Translations under genes and position numbers: made by a program
The notes under the pieces: model-generated
The model's input: the letters and a program-made list of their open reading frames with translations, nothing else
The model's database searches: none
Told to the model about the DNA's origin: nothing
Shown: positions 47,464 through 55,853 of the stretch, in pieces
Position numbering within the stretch: the stretch's first letter is position 1
Layout of the letters: every line of letters starts with the position of its first letter
From: a virus
Strand: one strand, 5' to 3'
Virus record (IMG/VR): IMGVR_UViG_3300012000_000008
Location: 26,749 to 90,748 of that record
Length of the DNA: 64,000 nucleotides

Positions 47464-48530
47464 ACAGGCTTCACATATCCAATCTTATTAAACTTAACCC
47501 CTAAAATTTCTTTATGTGCTTGAATCTTGGCTTTAATTTTAATCTTAGCACCTATTTGATCAGTAGGAAACTTGTATGTGATAAATTTATTACCTTGTGC
47601 ATCTTTTAATTTATAAACATTATAACCAGGTGAATATTGATCCCTTGGAGGTACAAATTTGTAATTATATAATTCCAATTCACCTTCATAACGATCTCCA
47701 ACCTTACCCACGTACTGAGCTGTAGAAGTTTCCTGATTCTTTTTAGTGACATCATCATAATACATCTGAGCAAAAGCTTGTATGGCTTGAGCAGTGTCTG
47801 TCTCAGCATACTTGGGGTCAGCATTCTTAGCAAGAAATGCAAAGTATCCAGGATCTTCAAGGTAAACATCTGGGAATGATTTGCCTCTATATTTACCAAA
47901 AGTAAACACAGGTGTAGCTTTAGATCTGCCTATTAAATGTTCTCTGGTTTGATCTCCATACAACTCTACTCTTACATTCTTAACAACGCTTCTTGATAAA
48001 GCTTTTTGAACTGATGTAACAATGTCTGTAGATAGGTTGCCAAAGTAAATAGGATTCTTAATCCAATTGCGTATTGCAGCTGGTAGTATTCTAAATCTCC
48101 AGAAAGTGTAGTAAACTTGATGCTTACCAGTTACATCAATAAAGTAATAGTTTTCTGGCCCGTCTTTTGGGTTGACCACAGCATCATTATGCTTTTTTAA
48201 CATTTCATATGCTTTATCTTTTTGTTCTTGGGGTACTTCTTTCCAAGGTAGAATACCACCAGTAGCTACTGCACCTTCTGCATTCTCAGCTTTGGCTAGT
48301 TTATCATAATACTTTGGGTCTTCAAATAAATGATCCATAGCAATTTTTCTTGCAGTTACGTTATTACCGGTATGTTCGTGCTCTACTTTAATTCCTTTAT
48401 CTAATTGAGCTTGAAGAGTTTTAATATCTACATTATGTTTTTTAGCCAAATCTTCTAGTGTTTTGCCTGCAGCCAAACCTTTTAAATTATAAGCTTCAAA
48501 TATAAGATATGAATCGAGGTCTAAAGGCAT
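47460..48530 (-). CDS. Multidomain protein: DUF5661-like N-terminus, FGKYRG module, C-terminal OB-like fold
   Basis: GIKVEHEHT...IAMDHLFEDPKYY; FTFGKYRGK; YVGKVGDR. Confidence 0.65.
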   Translation of the reverse strand: MPLDLDSYLIFEAYNLKGLAAGKTLEDLAKKHNVDIKTLQAQLDKGIKVEHEHTGNNVTARKIAMDHLFEDPKYYDKLAKAENAEGAVATGGILPWKEVPQEQKDKAYEMLKKHNDAVVNPKDGPENYYFIDVTGKHQVYYTFWRFRILPAAIRNWIKNPIYFGNLSTDIVTSVQKALSRSVVKNVRVELYGDQTREHLIGRSKATPVFTFGKYRGKSFPDVYLEDPGYFAFLAKNADPKYAETDTAQAIQAFAQMYYDDVTKKNQETSTAQYVGKVGDRYEGELELYNYKFVPPRDQYSPGYNVYKLKDAQGNKFITYKFPTDQIGAKIKIKAKIQAHKEILGVKFNKIGYVKPV

Positions 48531-48680
48531 ATAATTATTTATAAAATATAAGAATATTAGTTTTTGTCAATAAAAAAAATTGATTTTTTTTAAAAAGAGA
48601 ATATAAATATAATTGCTAGTACACATTGTGGCTAGCATTGGACCTAATAGGCCAAAAAAACAAAGAGAGGAGGTAATTAT

Positions 48681-49202
48681 ATGGGAAATAATGGTGACCT
48701 GCCTGTGGAAAGCGGAAAAGCTTATACAGGCCGTGTAGTTCCAAGCTTTACAGCTTGGCCATCGCTAAGAGATGAATTCCTTACACCTTTTGATAGGGTA
48801 TTCGATAAACTAACTAGTGACTTATTCCCTAGCTTGTCTAAGGAGTTTGGTATTGGTTTGTTTGAGAAGGAATCTTATCCTAAAGTTGACATTATTGATC
48901 ACAAAGATCGTGTCTCTATTGAAGCAGAGATTCCTGGTCTGAAGAAAGATCAAATTACTGTTGACGTAAAGGATGGTGTTTTAACTATCTCAGGTCAGAA
49001 GCAATCCAAGAGAGAAGAACAAGAAGAAGGCAATTACGTTCGCAGAGAACTGAAACGTAGTTCATTCCGACGTTCTTTTGCATTGGGTGATAATCTAGAT
49101 CATGACAATGTTAAAGCACAATTCCAAGATGGAATCCTGGTCATTGACGTTGCAAAAGTCAAGCCTGTGGAAACTAAAGCCAAGATCATTGATATCAAAT
49201 AA
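48681..49202 (+). CDS. Hsp20/alpha-crystallin small heat shock protein
   Basis: YPKVDI, AEIPGL, LTISG, SFRRSF and AQFQDGIL; SD GAGGAGGT. Confidence 0.95.
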   Translation: MGNNGDLPVESGKAYTGRVVPSFTAWPSLRDEFLTPFDRVFDKLTSDLFPSLSKEFGIGLFEKESYPKVDIIDHKDRVSIEAEIPGLKKDQITVDVKDGVLTISGQKQSKREEQEEGNYVRRELKRSSFRRSFALGDNLDHDNVKAQFQDGILVIDVAKVKPVETKAKIIDIK

Positions 49203-49222
49203 TAGTATATCAGTGGTTAGCT

Positions 49223-49257
49223 AGAACCCGCTAGTATGTCCTGGCGGGTTCTTTTTT
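49223..49257 (+). terminator. Rho-independent terminator
   Basis: AGAACCCGCTAG-tatgtc-CTGGCGGGTTCT followed by a T-run. Confidence 0.85.
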
Positions 49258-49347
49258 AAAAAATACATGTATAAGTAATTCTAATAACTTTTATAAGGTC
49301 TAACTTTTTTCTAATGTTTTTCAATCTCGTCTGTCTAACTTATATGC

Positions 49348-49478
49348 TTGCAAATAAACTAACAGCCATTTTAAATAGTTTCATGAGGGAGGACCTCACA
49401 TGCTAAAAGATTGCATGATGCTAGCAACTTTATTGCTAGAGAATGGAGTACAAGCCGCATTCTGAGTGCGGCTTTTTT
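49348..49478 (+). promoter_or_regulatory. Promoter plus structured leader with terminator (attenuator-like) upstream of the PEP-CTERM operon
   Basis: TTGCAA-17-TTAAAT; three hairpins; terminator AAGCCGCA-ttctgag-TGCGGCTT-TTTT; 21-codon ORF at 49400-49465. Confidence 0.55.
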
Positions 49479-49490
49479 AATGATCAATTT

Positions 49491-50990
49491 ATGAAAAAAC
49501 TAATAGCAATACTAACATTAACTGCTGCAGCAGTTCTTAACACCAATGCTAATACTATTCTCATAGACTTTGGTGCTTCAGGTGCAGGGTGGTATGGAGG
49601 GGCATCTGTGGTAGGAGCAGACGCCAATGGCAATTACTGGAACAGCATTACTTCTGGTTCCTACTATTCTAATCTGTTAGATACCACAGGCACTGCAACT
49701 ACTGTGAGTGGGTTTGGATTCATGACTGGCATGGCGTTTAATAGTTATAATGGCCCTGCGGGTGCTACTTCCAATCCTCTGACTCAAGCACAGATTAATG
49801 CAACTGTGTTTACATCAGGTGCTGGTATTTTTGGAGTTAAAGAGGCATTAGTCGATTACATAGCAACTACAACCAGTGTACCAAGTGTAAGATGGAGCAT
49901 AGACAATTTAGATACATCCTCCTTATATACAGTAAAATTTTATGGGTCAGCAAAGTTTCAAAATGATTATGCTACTAAATTAAGAGTATATAGTGACAAT
50001 ACTTTTGGTTTAGGTAGTCTGCTAGCCACTGCAACTGCTAATTATCAAAGCCCCACTCAATCCTGGGTGATTAATACTGCTGATATTGGTGTACTAAGCA
50101 ATTTAACTACCACTGGTTCTCTTTATTTTGAAATGACTGGTGCCAACGGAGGCACAGGTATCATAAATGCCATGAGCATTGAAACTGTGGCTATTCCTGA
50201 ACCTAATACATATGGCTTGTTAATGCTTGGATTTTTATTAATATGGATTATGAAAACCATAAACAAAACTAAAGCTGGAGTACTGGTTGCATTGATTGCC
50301 ATTTGCAGTTTAGCTCCAGCACATGCTCAACTTTTAATTAATTGGGATCTACCGACCAGCTCAACAAACAGAAGTGTTGTTTCTAATTTTAATGAAAAAG
50401 GTCTATCTTCTAGCACCATTGAAATGGCATCAGGAATCACGCCATCAAGTATTTCAAATGCTTGGGGAGGAATAAGCTGGACCTCTGGTGGTACTGATCC
50501 TTTTAATAATGCTACAACTAACAATGATTATTTCGCTTTTAGCATAACAGCTAATTCTGGATACCAAGTAACAATAAACGGGGTTTCCAATCTTGGCATA
50601 CAAGTAAGCGCTTCAGGACCAAGATATTGGCATTTGCTTTACAGTACAACTAATGATAATGGTGCATTTATTAATCCTCTTAGGAATTATGGCCCCTTTG
50701 AAGTATCAATACCAACCACTTCTAGTTTAATCACAGACATTACAAATGCATTGAATGCTTCATTTGCTGCAAATCCTATCACTATTTCTGAAGCAACAGG
50801 GTATTTTCGTTTGGTTGGTTATGGAGGCGCTGTAAGTTCTGGAAGTGGGAGAATTGCAGCTGCAGGAACTAATGATTTTGGATTGGTAGGATCTGTATAC
50901 ACAATACCAGAGCCTTCAATTGTTAGCCTTGCTCTTGTGGGACTTCTTGCTCTAAGAAAGAAAATTTATGAAAACAACAAACAAAACTAA
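49491..50990 (+). CDS. Double PEP-CTERM protein (two signal peptide/domain/PEP-CTERM units in one frame)
   Basis: MKKLIAIL signal; IPEPNTYGLLMLGFLLIWI; an internal signal MKTINKTK...AHA; terminal IPEPSIVSLALVGLLALRKK. Confidence 0.85.
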   Translation: MKKLIAILTLTAAAVLNTNANTILIDFGASGAGWYGGASVVGADANGNYWNSITSGSYYSNLLDTTGTATTVSGFGFMTGMAFNSYNGPAGATSNPLTQAQINATVFTSGAGIFGVKEALVDYIATTTSVPSVRWSIDNLDTSSLYTVKFYGSAKFQNDYATKLRVYSDNTFGLGSLLATATANYQSPTQSWVINTADIGVLSNLTTTGSLYFEMTGANGGTGIINAMSIETVAIPEPNTYGLLMLGFLLIWIMKTINKTKAGVLVALIAICSLAPAHAQLLINWDLPTSSTNRSVVSNFNEKGLSSSTIEMASGITPSSISNAWGGISWTSGGTDPFNNATTNNDYFAFSITANSGYQVTINGVSNLGIQVSASGPRYWHLLYSTTNDNGAFINPLRNYGPFEVSIPTTSSLITDITNALNASFAANPITISEATGYFRLVGYGGAVSSGSGRIAAAGTNDFGLVGSVYTIPEPSIVSLALVGLLALRKKIYENNKQN

Positions 50991-51687
50991 AACTGGTTTG
51001 CTTGCTGCATTGCTGGCCATCTTTAGTCTAAACACCATTAATGCAGAAATTATATTCACAGAAGACTTTGAGGATGGTGCATGGACTGGCTTCAGTTCCT
51101 ACCCTTCAGCAAATACTTCAGTACTCAACTCTGGTGATACCATATATGGTGCACCTGCCACTGGTGCCCCTGGAACTTACATTGTAGCTCCTGGTGGCTC
51201 CAAACTGGGTAAAATGTGGCCATTATACTGGTCACCAGGCAATGTGACCACATCCACATTTGTTCTGTATAATGACTACTATGCAACACCTGAAACTGGA
51301 TGGGTGCCTTATTTGCAAGGCAAACAAGTAAAAATATCCATGGATGTGTACATATCCAGCTATGATCCCATGCAAGCCAGCACTGATGTGAACATATTTG
51401 CCAAGTTCTTTAACCAGGACTATTCATACTACTATGATTGGGCATCAGTAATTACTTCTGTCAAAGATACCCTGCTAGACACATGGGTAACCAGAGAAAT
51501 AACTGTAACTGTGCCCAATGATGTTTCCATCATACAGTTTGGATTGGAAATGACTCAAAAAAATTATAGCTCTGGAGCTGTTAATGTTGATAACATGGCA
51601 ATTCAAATAGTACCAGAACCTTCAGCAGGTGCTTTGATAGTAGCTGGTACTGGTTGTTTGGTAGCCCTCAGAAGGTTCAGAAAATAA
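50968..51687 (+). CDS. PEP-CTERM protein
   Basis: Signal peptide; VPEPSAGALIVAGTGCLVALRRFRK. Confidence 0.9.
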   Translation: MKTTNKTKTGLLAALLAIFSLNTINAEIIFTEDFEDGAWTGFSSYPSANTSVLNSGDTIYGAPATGAPGTYIVAPGGSKLGKMWPLYWSPGNVTTSTFVLYNDYYATPETGWVPYLQGKQVKISMDVYISSYDPMQASTDVNIFAKFFNQDYSYYYDWASVITSVKDTLLDTWVTREITVTVPNDVSIIQFGLEMTQKNYSSGAVNVDNMAIQIVPEPSAGALIVAGTGCLVALRRFRK

Positions 51688-52611
51688 ATGATAAGAGTTG
51701 CACTCTGCATTCTGCTATTTCTGCATGCTAGCATGGTGCAGAGTGCAACCTATCAACTGGTGTGGCAAGATGAATTCAATCAATTCACCAGTGGCACTTA
51801 CAACAGATGGGACGTTGATAGAAATGCATGGAATGTGGAAGTTGTTGATAATCCTAATAACAATGAAATTCAGCAGTACAGAGATAACAGAGACAATGTA
51901 AGAATAGAAGTAGATACTTCCAACACTTCTGATGGTATTCTTGTGTTAGAGGCCAGGAGACAGAACTTCTCTCAAAACCTGGGAGCATGGACTTCAGGCA
52001 GAATCAATACCAAGAACAAGATGGAAATAACTTATGGCAAGGTTGAAGTTTCTGCTAAATTGCCTTCCTTGCCAGGTAGCTGGCCAGCCATATGGATGCT
52101 GGGCAGCAATTATGGCAGTGCAGGATGGCCTGCCAGTGGTGAAATTGATATCATGGAAATGGGACGCAATACAGGGTGGAACTATATAAACAGCACTGTG
52201 CACTGGGAGTATAATGGCCATGCTTCATATGGCACAGGTAACTATCAGTCTGGTTCTCCATTGCTTTTAAATTCAGCATCCACTGCATTTCATGTTTATG
52301 GATTAGAGTGGACACCAGATTTTATAAAAACATATGTGGATGGCAATTTGTTATGGACCATAAACATGCCTGTGCCTGGTATTGATCCTTTTGATAATCC
52401 TTTCTTTATGATTCTTAACAATGCCATGGGTGGTGATATTGGAGGCACGGTAGATTCTTCTAGCAACATTTCTCGTATGGAAGTGGATTATGTAAAGGTA
52501 TACCAATCAGCTGACATAGCTGGCAACACCTTGGCAATCCCGGAAATGCAAATAAATCATTTGCTTATAACTAGCTTGCTGTTGTTATTAACAAGGAGAA
52601 ATAGTTTATGA
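51688..52611 (+). CDS. GH16 (laminarinase-like) glycoside hydrolase with degenerate PEP-CTERM tail
   Basis: LVWQDEF, WPAIWML, GEIDIME and FHVYGLEW; tail IPEMQ...LLLLLTRR. Confidence 0.9.
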   Translation: MIRVALCILLFLHASMVQSATYQLVWQDEFNQFTSGTYNRWDVDRNAWNVEVVDNPNNNEIQQYRDNRDNVRIEVDTSNTSDGILVLEARRQNFSQNLGAWTSGRINTKNKMEITYGKVEVSAKLPSLPGSWPAIWMLGSNYGSAGWPASGEIDIMEMGRNTGWNYINSTVHWEYNGHASYGTGNYQSGSPLLLNSASTAFHVYGLEWTPDFIKTYVDGNLLWTINMPVPGIDPFDNPFFMILNNAMGGDIGGTVDSSSNISRMEVDYVKVYQSADIAGNTLAIPEMQINHLLITSLLLLLTRRNSL

Positions 52612-53552
52612 AAAATAAAAATTACATCACCTGGCTGGCTGCATTGCTAATTGTTGCAGTCACTAACATTTGTAATGCAGACTCAGTGTTGTTTGATTTT
52701 GGTCGTCATGATAATACCAATGGAATGACTGTGACAGGTGCTATCAGCCCCAGTGGTGTAGTGGTAGGATCGGCAACTGCTATTGGTGATACAACCAGCT
52801 ATGTATGGAATTCAGTAGGAGCAACCAACCAATTACAAGCATTAAATAACCCCTCTTATACTGGGTTTCAAACACAAGCTGGTGTTTCTGTGGGCTGGAG
52901 CATTGGTAATTTGCTTAGCAATCCTGTATCAGTAACCAACAATGCTTACACACAATCCAATGGATTTTTGAATGGTGGCTTAAAGCAAATCTCCGGTCAA
53001 TCTACCAGTATAAATCCAAGCTTTTCATTGCTAGGAAAATATGCTGTTGCTAATGCAACAGGAGACTATTGGTTTGTAGACAATACTACTGCTACCACAG
53101 GAGGAGCAGCTAGAGCAGGGTTTACTTTGTATGGTTTGGATCCTAATTTGCAATATTCTTTCACCATGTTTGGATCTAGAAGTGGCACTTTAGCCCGATA
53201 TACAAGGTATGTTTTAATTGGAAACAATGTAGGAGATGCAATTCTTCAAACCACAGGCACTGACATTGGAGCTAGCAATGCCACAGGATTGGGTGGCGAC
53301 ACAGGCCTCTACAATGGCAATGACAACAAGACAGCAACAGTCAGTAATATAACTCCTCTGTCTGATGGTACCATATCATTATTATTTTACTCCAGAAGTG
53401 ATGCAAACTTCTCAGCAAACTATTCAACAGACGTGGGCAATACATTTGGTTATTTAAATTTAATGGAAGTAAGCTATATCCCTGAACCTGCAACAAGCAA
53501 TCTTATGATAGCATTTTTGATTTTTTATTCTATATTGGGAAGGAGAAAATGA
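52608..53552 (+). CDS. PEP-CTERM protein (paralog of the first domain of 49491..50990)
   Basis: LFDFG...WNS...FGS...LNLMEV; IPEPATSNLMIAFLIFYSILGRRK. Confidence 0.88.
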   Translation: MKNKNYITWLAALLIVAVTNICNADSVLFDFGRHDNTNGMTVTGAISPSGVVVGSATAIGDTTSYVWNSVGATNQLQALNNPSYTGFQTQAGVSVGWSIGNLLSNPVSVTNNAYTQSNGFLNGGLKQISGQSTSINPSFSLLGKYAVANATGDYWFVDNTTATTGGAARAGFTLYGLDPNLQYSFTMFGSRSGTLARYTRYVLIGNNVGDAILQTTGTDIGASNATGLGGDTGLYNGNDNKTATVSNITPLSDGTISLLFYSRSDANFSANYSTDVGNTFGYLNLMEVSYIPEPATSNLMIAFLIFYSILGRRK

Positions 53553-54004
53553 ATGAGCTATCAAAATTTATTAAAACTATTGGCAATAGTTGCTATGCTT
53601 CCTCTGACCATATGCAAAGTTTCTTACCTGCTTATAAAGCATATCACAAGAGGCAAAACATTAGAAGAAACATTTTTAAAATGGGGACGGCGGGAATTGC
53701 CGGACTTATAGTTGCATGTTTAAGCATGTCGTATATAAATACTAATGAGTTAGATATTGATACAGCTGCAGGAGAATATGTGAATAAAATACCTGAAAAA
53801 AAGATAGTTTTTGAAGGCAATGTTTCAGAAGTTACTGTCTTTATCAAGACAAATATAAAAGAAAAAACTGATACATTGTGTCTAAAAGAATATTTTAATG
53901 GTGAAGATGTGTGGGGAGTGTATGTACGTGGTGATGAAAAATTTAGGTTTTATTACCAGTGCATGGGCAAAGGCAAATATATTGTTTTTACTACGGAAGA
54001 ATAG
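53549..54004 (+). CDS. Single-TM protein (anti-sigma-like topology)
   Basis: Basic stretch followed by one TM helix; ATGA-coupled to the PEP-CTERM operon. Confidence 0.55.
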   Translation: MNELSKFIKTIGNSCYASSDHMQSFLPAYKAYHKRQNIRRNIFKMGTAGIAGLIVACLSMSYINTNELDIDTAAGEYVNKIPEKKIVFEGNVSEVTVFIKTNIKEKTDTLCLKEYFNGEDVWGVYVRGDEKFRFYYQCMGKGKYIVFTTEE

Positions 54005-54038
54005 TTGATTTTTTTTATATTTTATGCATAATAGTTAT

Positions 54039-54398
54039 ATGAAAAAGTTTTTACTGCTATGCACGATAGGTCTTGCTTCTGTGGCCATGTCTCAAAATAT
54101 CAATATTGCTGACAAGCCAAGCATTGTTATTAAATTGGTAAAGAATGATGCTGGTGAAATTTTATTAAAGATTTCTGGTCATAGTCAACCTGTAGAATTA
54201 TGCTTGGGGGATGAAAAAATTGCAATTCTCTATGAACAGGATACTGCTGTTAATTTGTCTCAATGCGGTTTTGAATCTAAGATTCTGTCTCTGAGTACAG
54301 AGAGTGGTTCTGCAGGTTCTAAAATTGATGCACAGCCCATAGTGCCTCCAGTAACTCCTGCAGTTTTTTCCAACCCCTCTGCAGCTACTCCTTTTTAA
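54039..54398 (+). CDS. Secreted protein
   Basis: MKKFLLLCTIGLASVAMS signal; Pro-rich C-terminus. Confidence 0.6.
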   Translation: MKKFLLLCTIGLASVAMSQNINIADKPSIVIKLVKNDAGEILLKISGHSQPVELCLGDEKIAILYEQDTAVNLSQCGFESKILSLSTESGSAGSKIDAQPIVPPVTPAVFSNPSAATPF

Positions 54399-54852
54399 GT
54401 TTAACAAAATCTGGTGGTAATGCTCCCCAATCATCAACAACAAAGCATTTTTCTATTTTTATTTCATAAGTTTTTTCAGCCCATTCTTTTAGTCTTTCGT
54501 TGTAATTACTTCTTTTGCTAGCATTTCCTACTGGCATAGTACCATAATTCATGTCATAAGCCCACAATTTATTTTTATATTCAAATATGCATACAGCATG
54601 TCCAAACACCATGCTTGAATCTTTGCCATCAATTTTTATATCTTCTTTGTATCTGAAAATATATCCAAATATGGAAGAATAAACCCTGGGGGTAGTTTCT
54701 GTTTTTAATACCAAGCTAGCTCTGGAAGAATATATTAAAGATTCCAGAAAACAAGAGTTGGGCAATTGAGTGTAATTATAGGGTTTATAGGCTTTGTTTT
54801 TACTCCATGTAAATCCAGTCTCAAAGGCCAAAAAGATTGCTGTTAAAAACAA
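54385..54852 (-). CDS. Membrane-anchored transglutaminase/papain-like Cys-His-Asp protein
   Basis: NSCFLES, GHAVC and WAYD. The frame stays open to a possible ACG start at 54894. Confidence 0.5.
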   Translation of the reverse strand: MFLTAIFLAFETGFTWSKNKAYKPYNYTQLPNSCFLESLIYSSRASLVLKTETTPRVYSSIFGYIFRYKEDIKIDGKDSSMVFGHAVCIFEYKNKLWAYDMNYGTMPVGNASKRSNYNERLKEWAEKTYEIKIEKCFVVDDWGALPPDFVKLKKE

Positions 54853-54941
54853 ACCTATTGCAACACAACACTTTAAAATGCGTATAATCTTCGTATAATT
54901 ATTTAGCTTGTAAAGCCAAGTTTTTCATGTATATTTAGATC

Positions 54942-55853
54942 ATGCAATTGTCATTGTGCTGTCAAAGCAATTTGTTACATGAAGGTGGGGTCAAGTTCCG
55001 TACTATGACTGTTACTCAGTTCAAGAAAAAACCATTGCAAGAATCATTGAATATATTATGTTCTAGAATTATTACTAATTTCCATACATTGGAGCGCACT
55101 GTTAATTTGTGCAAACACATGGGTCTTGCGGGCATGCGCATTGGCAGTGATCTGATTCCTGTTATCAACCATCCTGATCTCAATTTAGACTTTCATAAGC
55201 TTCCTATGCAAAATGAAATAATGCATGCAATTAACAAAGCCAAATATGCCATGCAACAGTCTGGATTGCGCTTCTCTGCACATCCTTCTGAATTTATTAG
55301 TCTTACATCTGAAAACCCTAAAGTGGTGGCTAACAGCATTCGTGATCTTATTGCCCACGCTCTTGTGTTTGAATTGCTTGGGTTGCCAGAATCTTATGAA
55401 GCCCCGCTTAACATTCATATACGCAAAGATGGAGACCCAGAGTTAATTTACCACAATGTAATGCGTAGCTTGAAACAATGCCCCACATGCGTAACTAAAC
55501 GTCTTGTTTTTGAAAATAATGATAACAAATCAGGGGTGTGGAGCATCAAGAATTTGGTGCATTATTTTCATGGTCGGTTAGGAATTCCTATTACCTATGA
55601 TAACTTACATCATGAAATGCTTTCTGATGGGTTGTCACACCATCAAGCTTTTGATGCTGCTTATGATACCTGGGGCAGTTTTATGCCCATATTTCACTAT
55701 TCAGAAGGCATTAAAGGCACTAGGAAACATGCAGACTATGCTAAATCTCTGCCTGTTGACTATGGTAGACCGGTTATTTGGGAAGTAGAATTAAAAGCCA
55801 AAGACAAAGCCATCAAGCGCATGATCAAACAACATGAAGTATCTCATCATTGA
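54942..55853 (+). CDS. uvsE: UV damage endonuclease
   Basis: LSLCC, SAHPSEF, FENND, YDNLHH, FHYSE, RKHAD and ELKAKD. Confidence 0.92.
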   Translation: MQLSLCCQSNLLHEGGVKFRTMTVTQFKKKPLQESLNILCSRIITNFHTLERTVNLCKHMGLAGMRIGSDLIPVINHPDLNLDFHKLPMQNEIMHAINKAKYAMQQSGLRFSAHPSEFISLTSENPKVVANSIRDLIAHALVFELLGLPESYEAPLNIHIRKDGDPELIYHNVMRSLKQCPTCVTKRLVFENNDNKSGVWSIKNLVHYFHGRLGIPITYDNLHHEMLSDGLSHHQAFDAAYDTWGSFMPIFHYSEGIKGTRKHADYAKSLPVDYGRPVIWEVELKAKDKAIKRMIKQHEVSHH

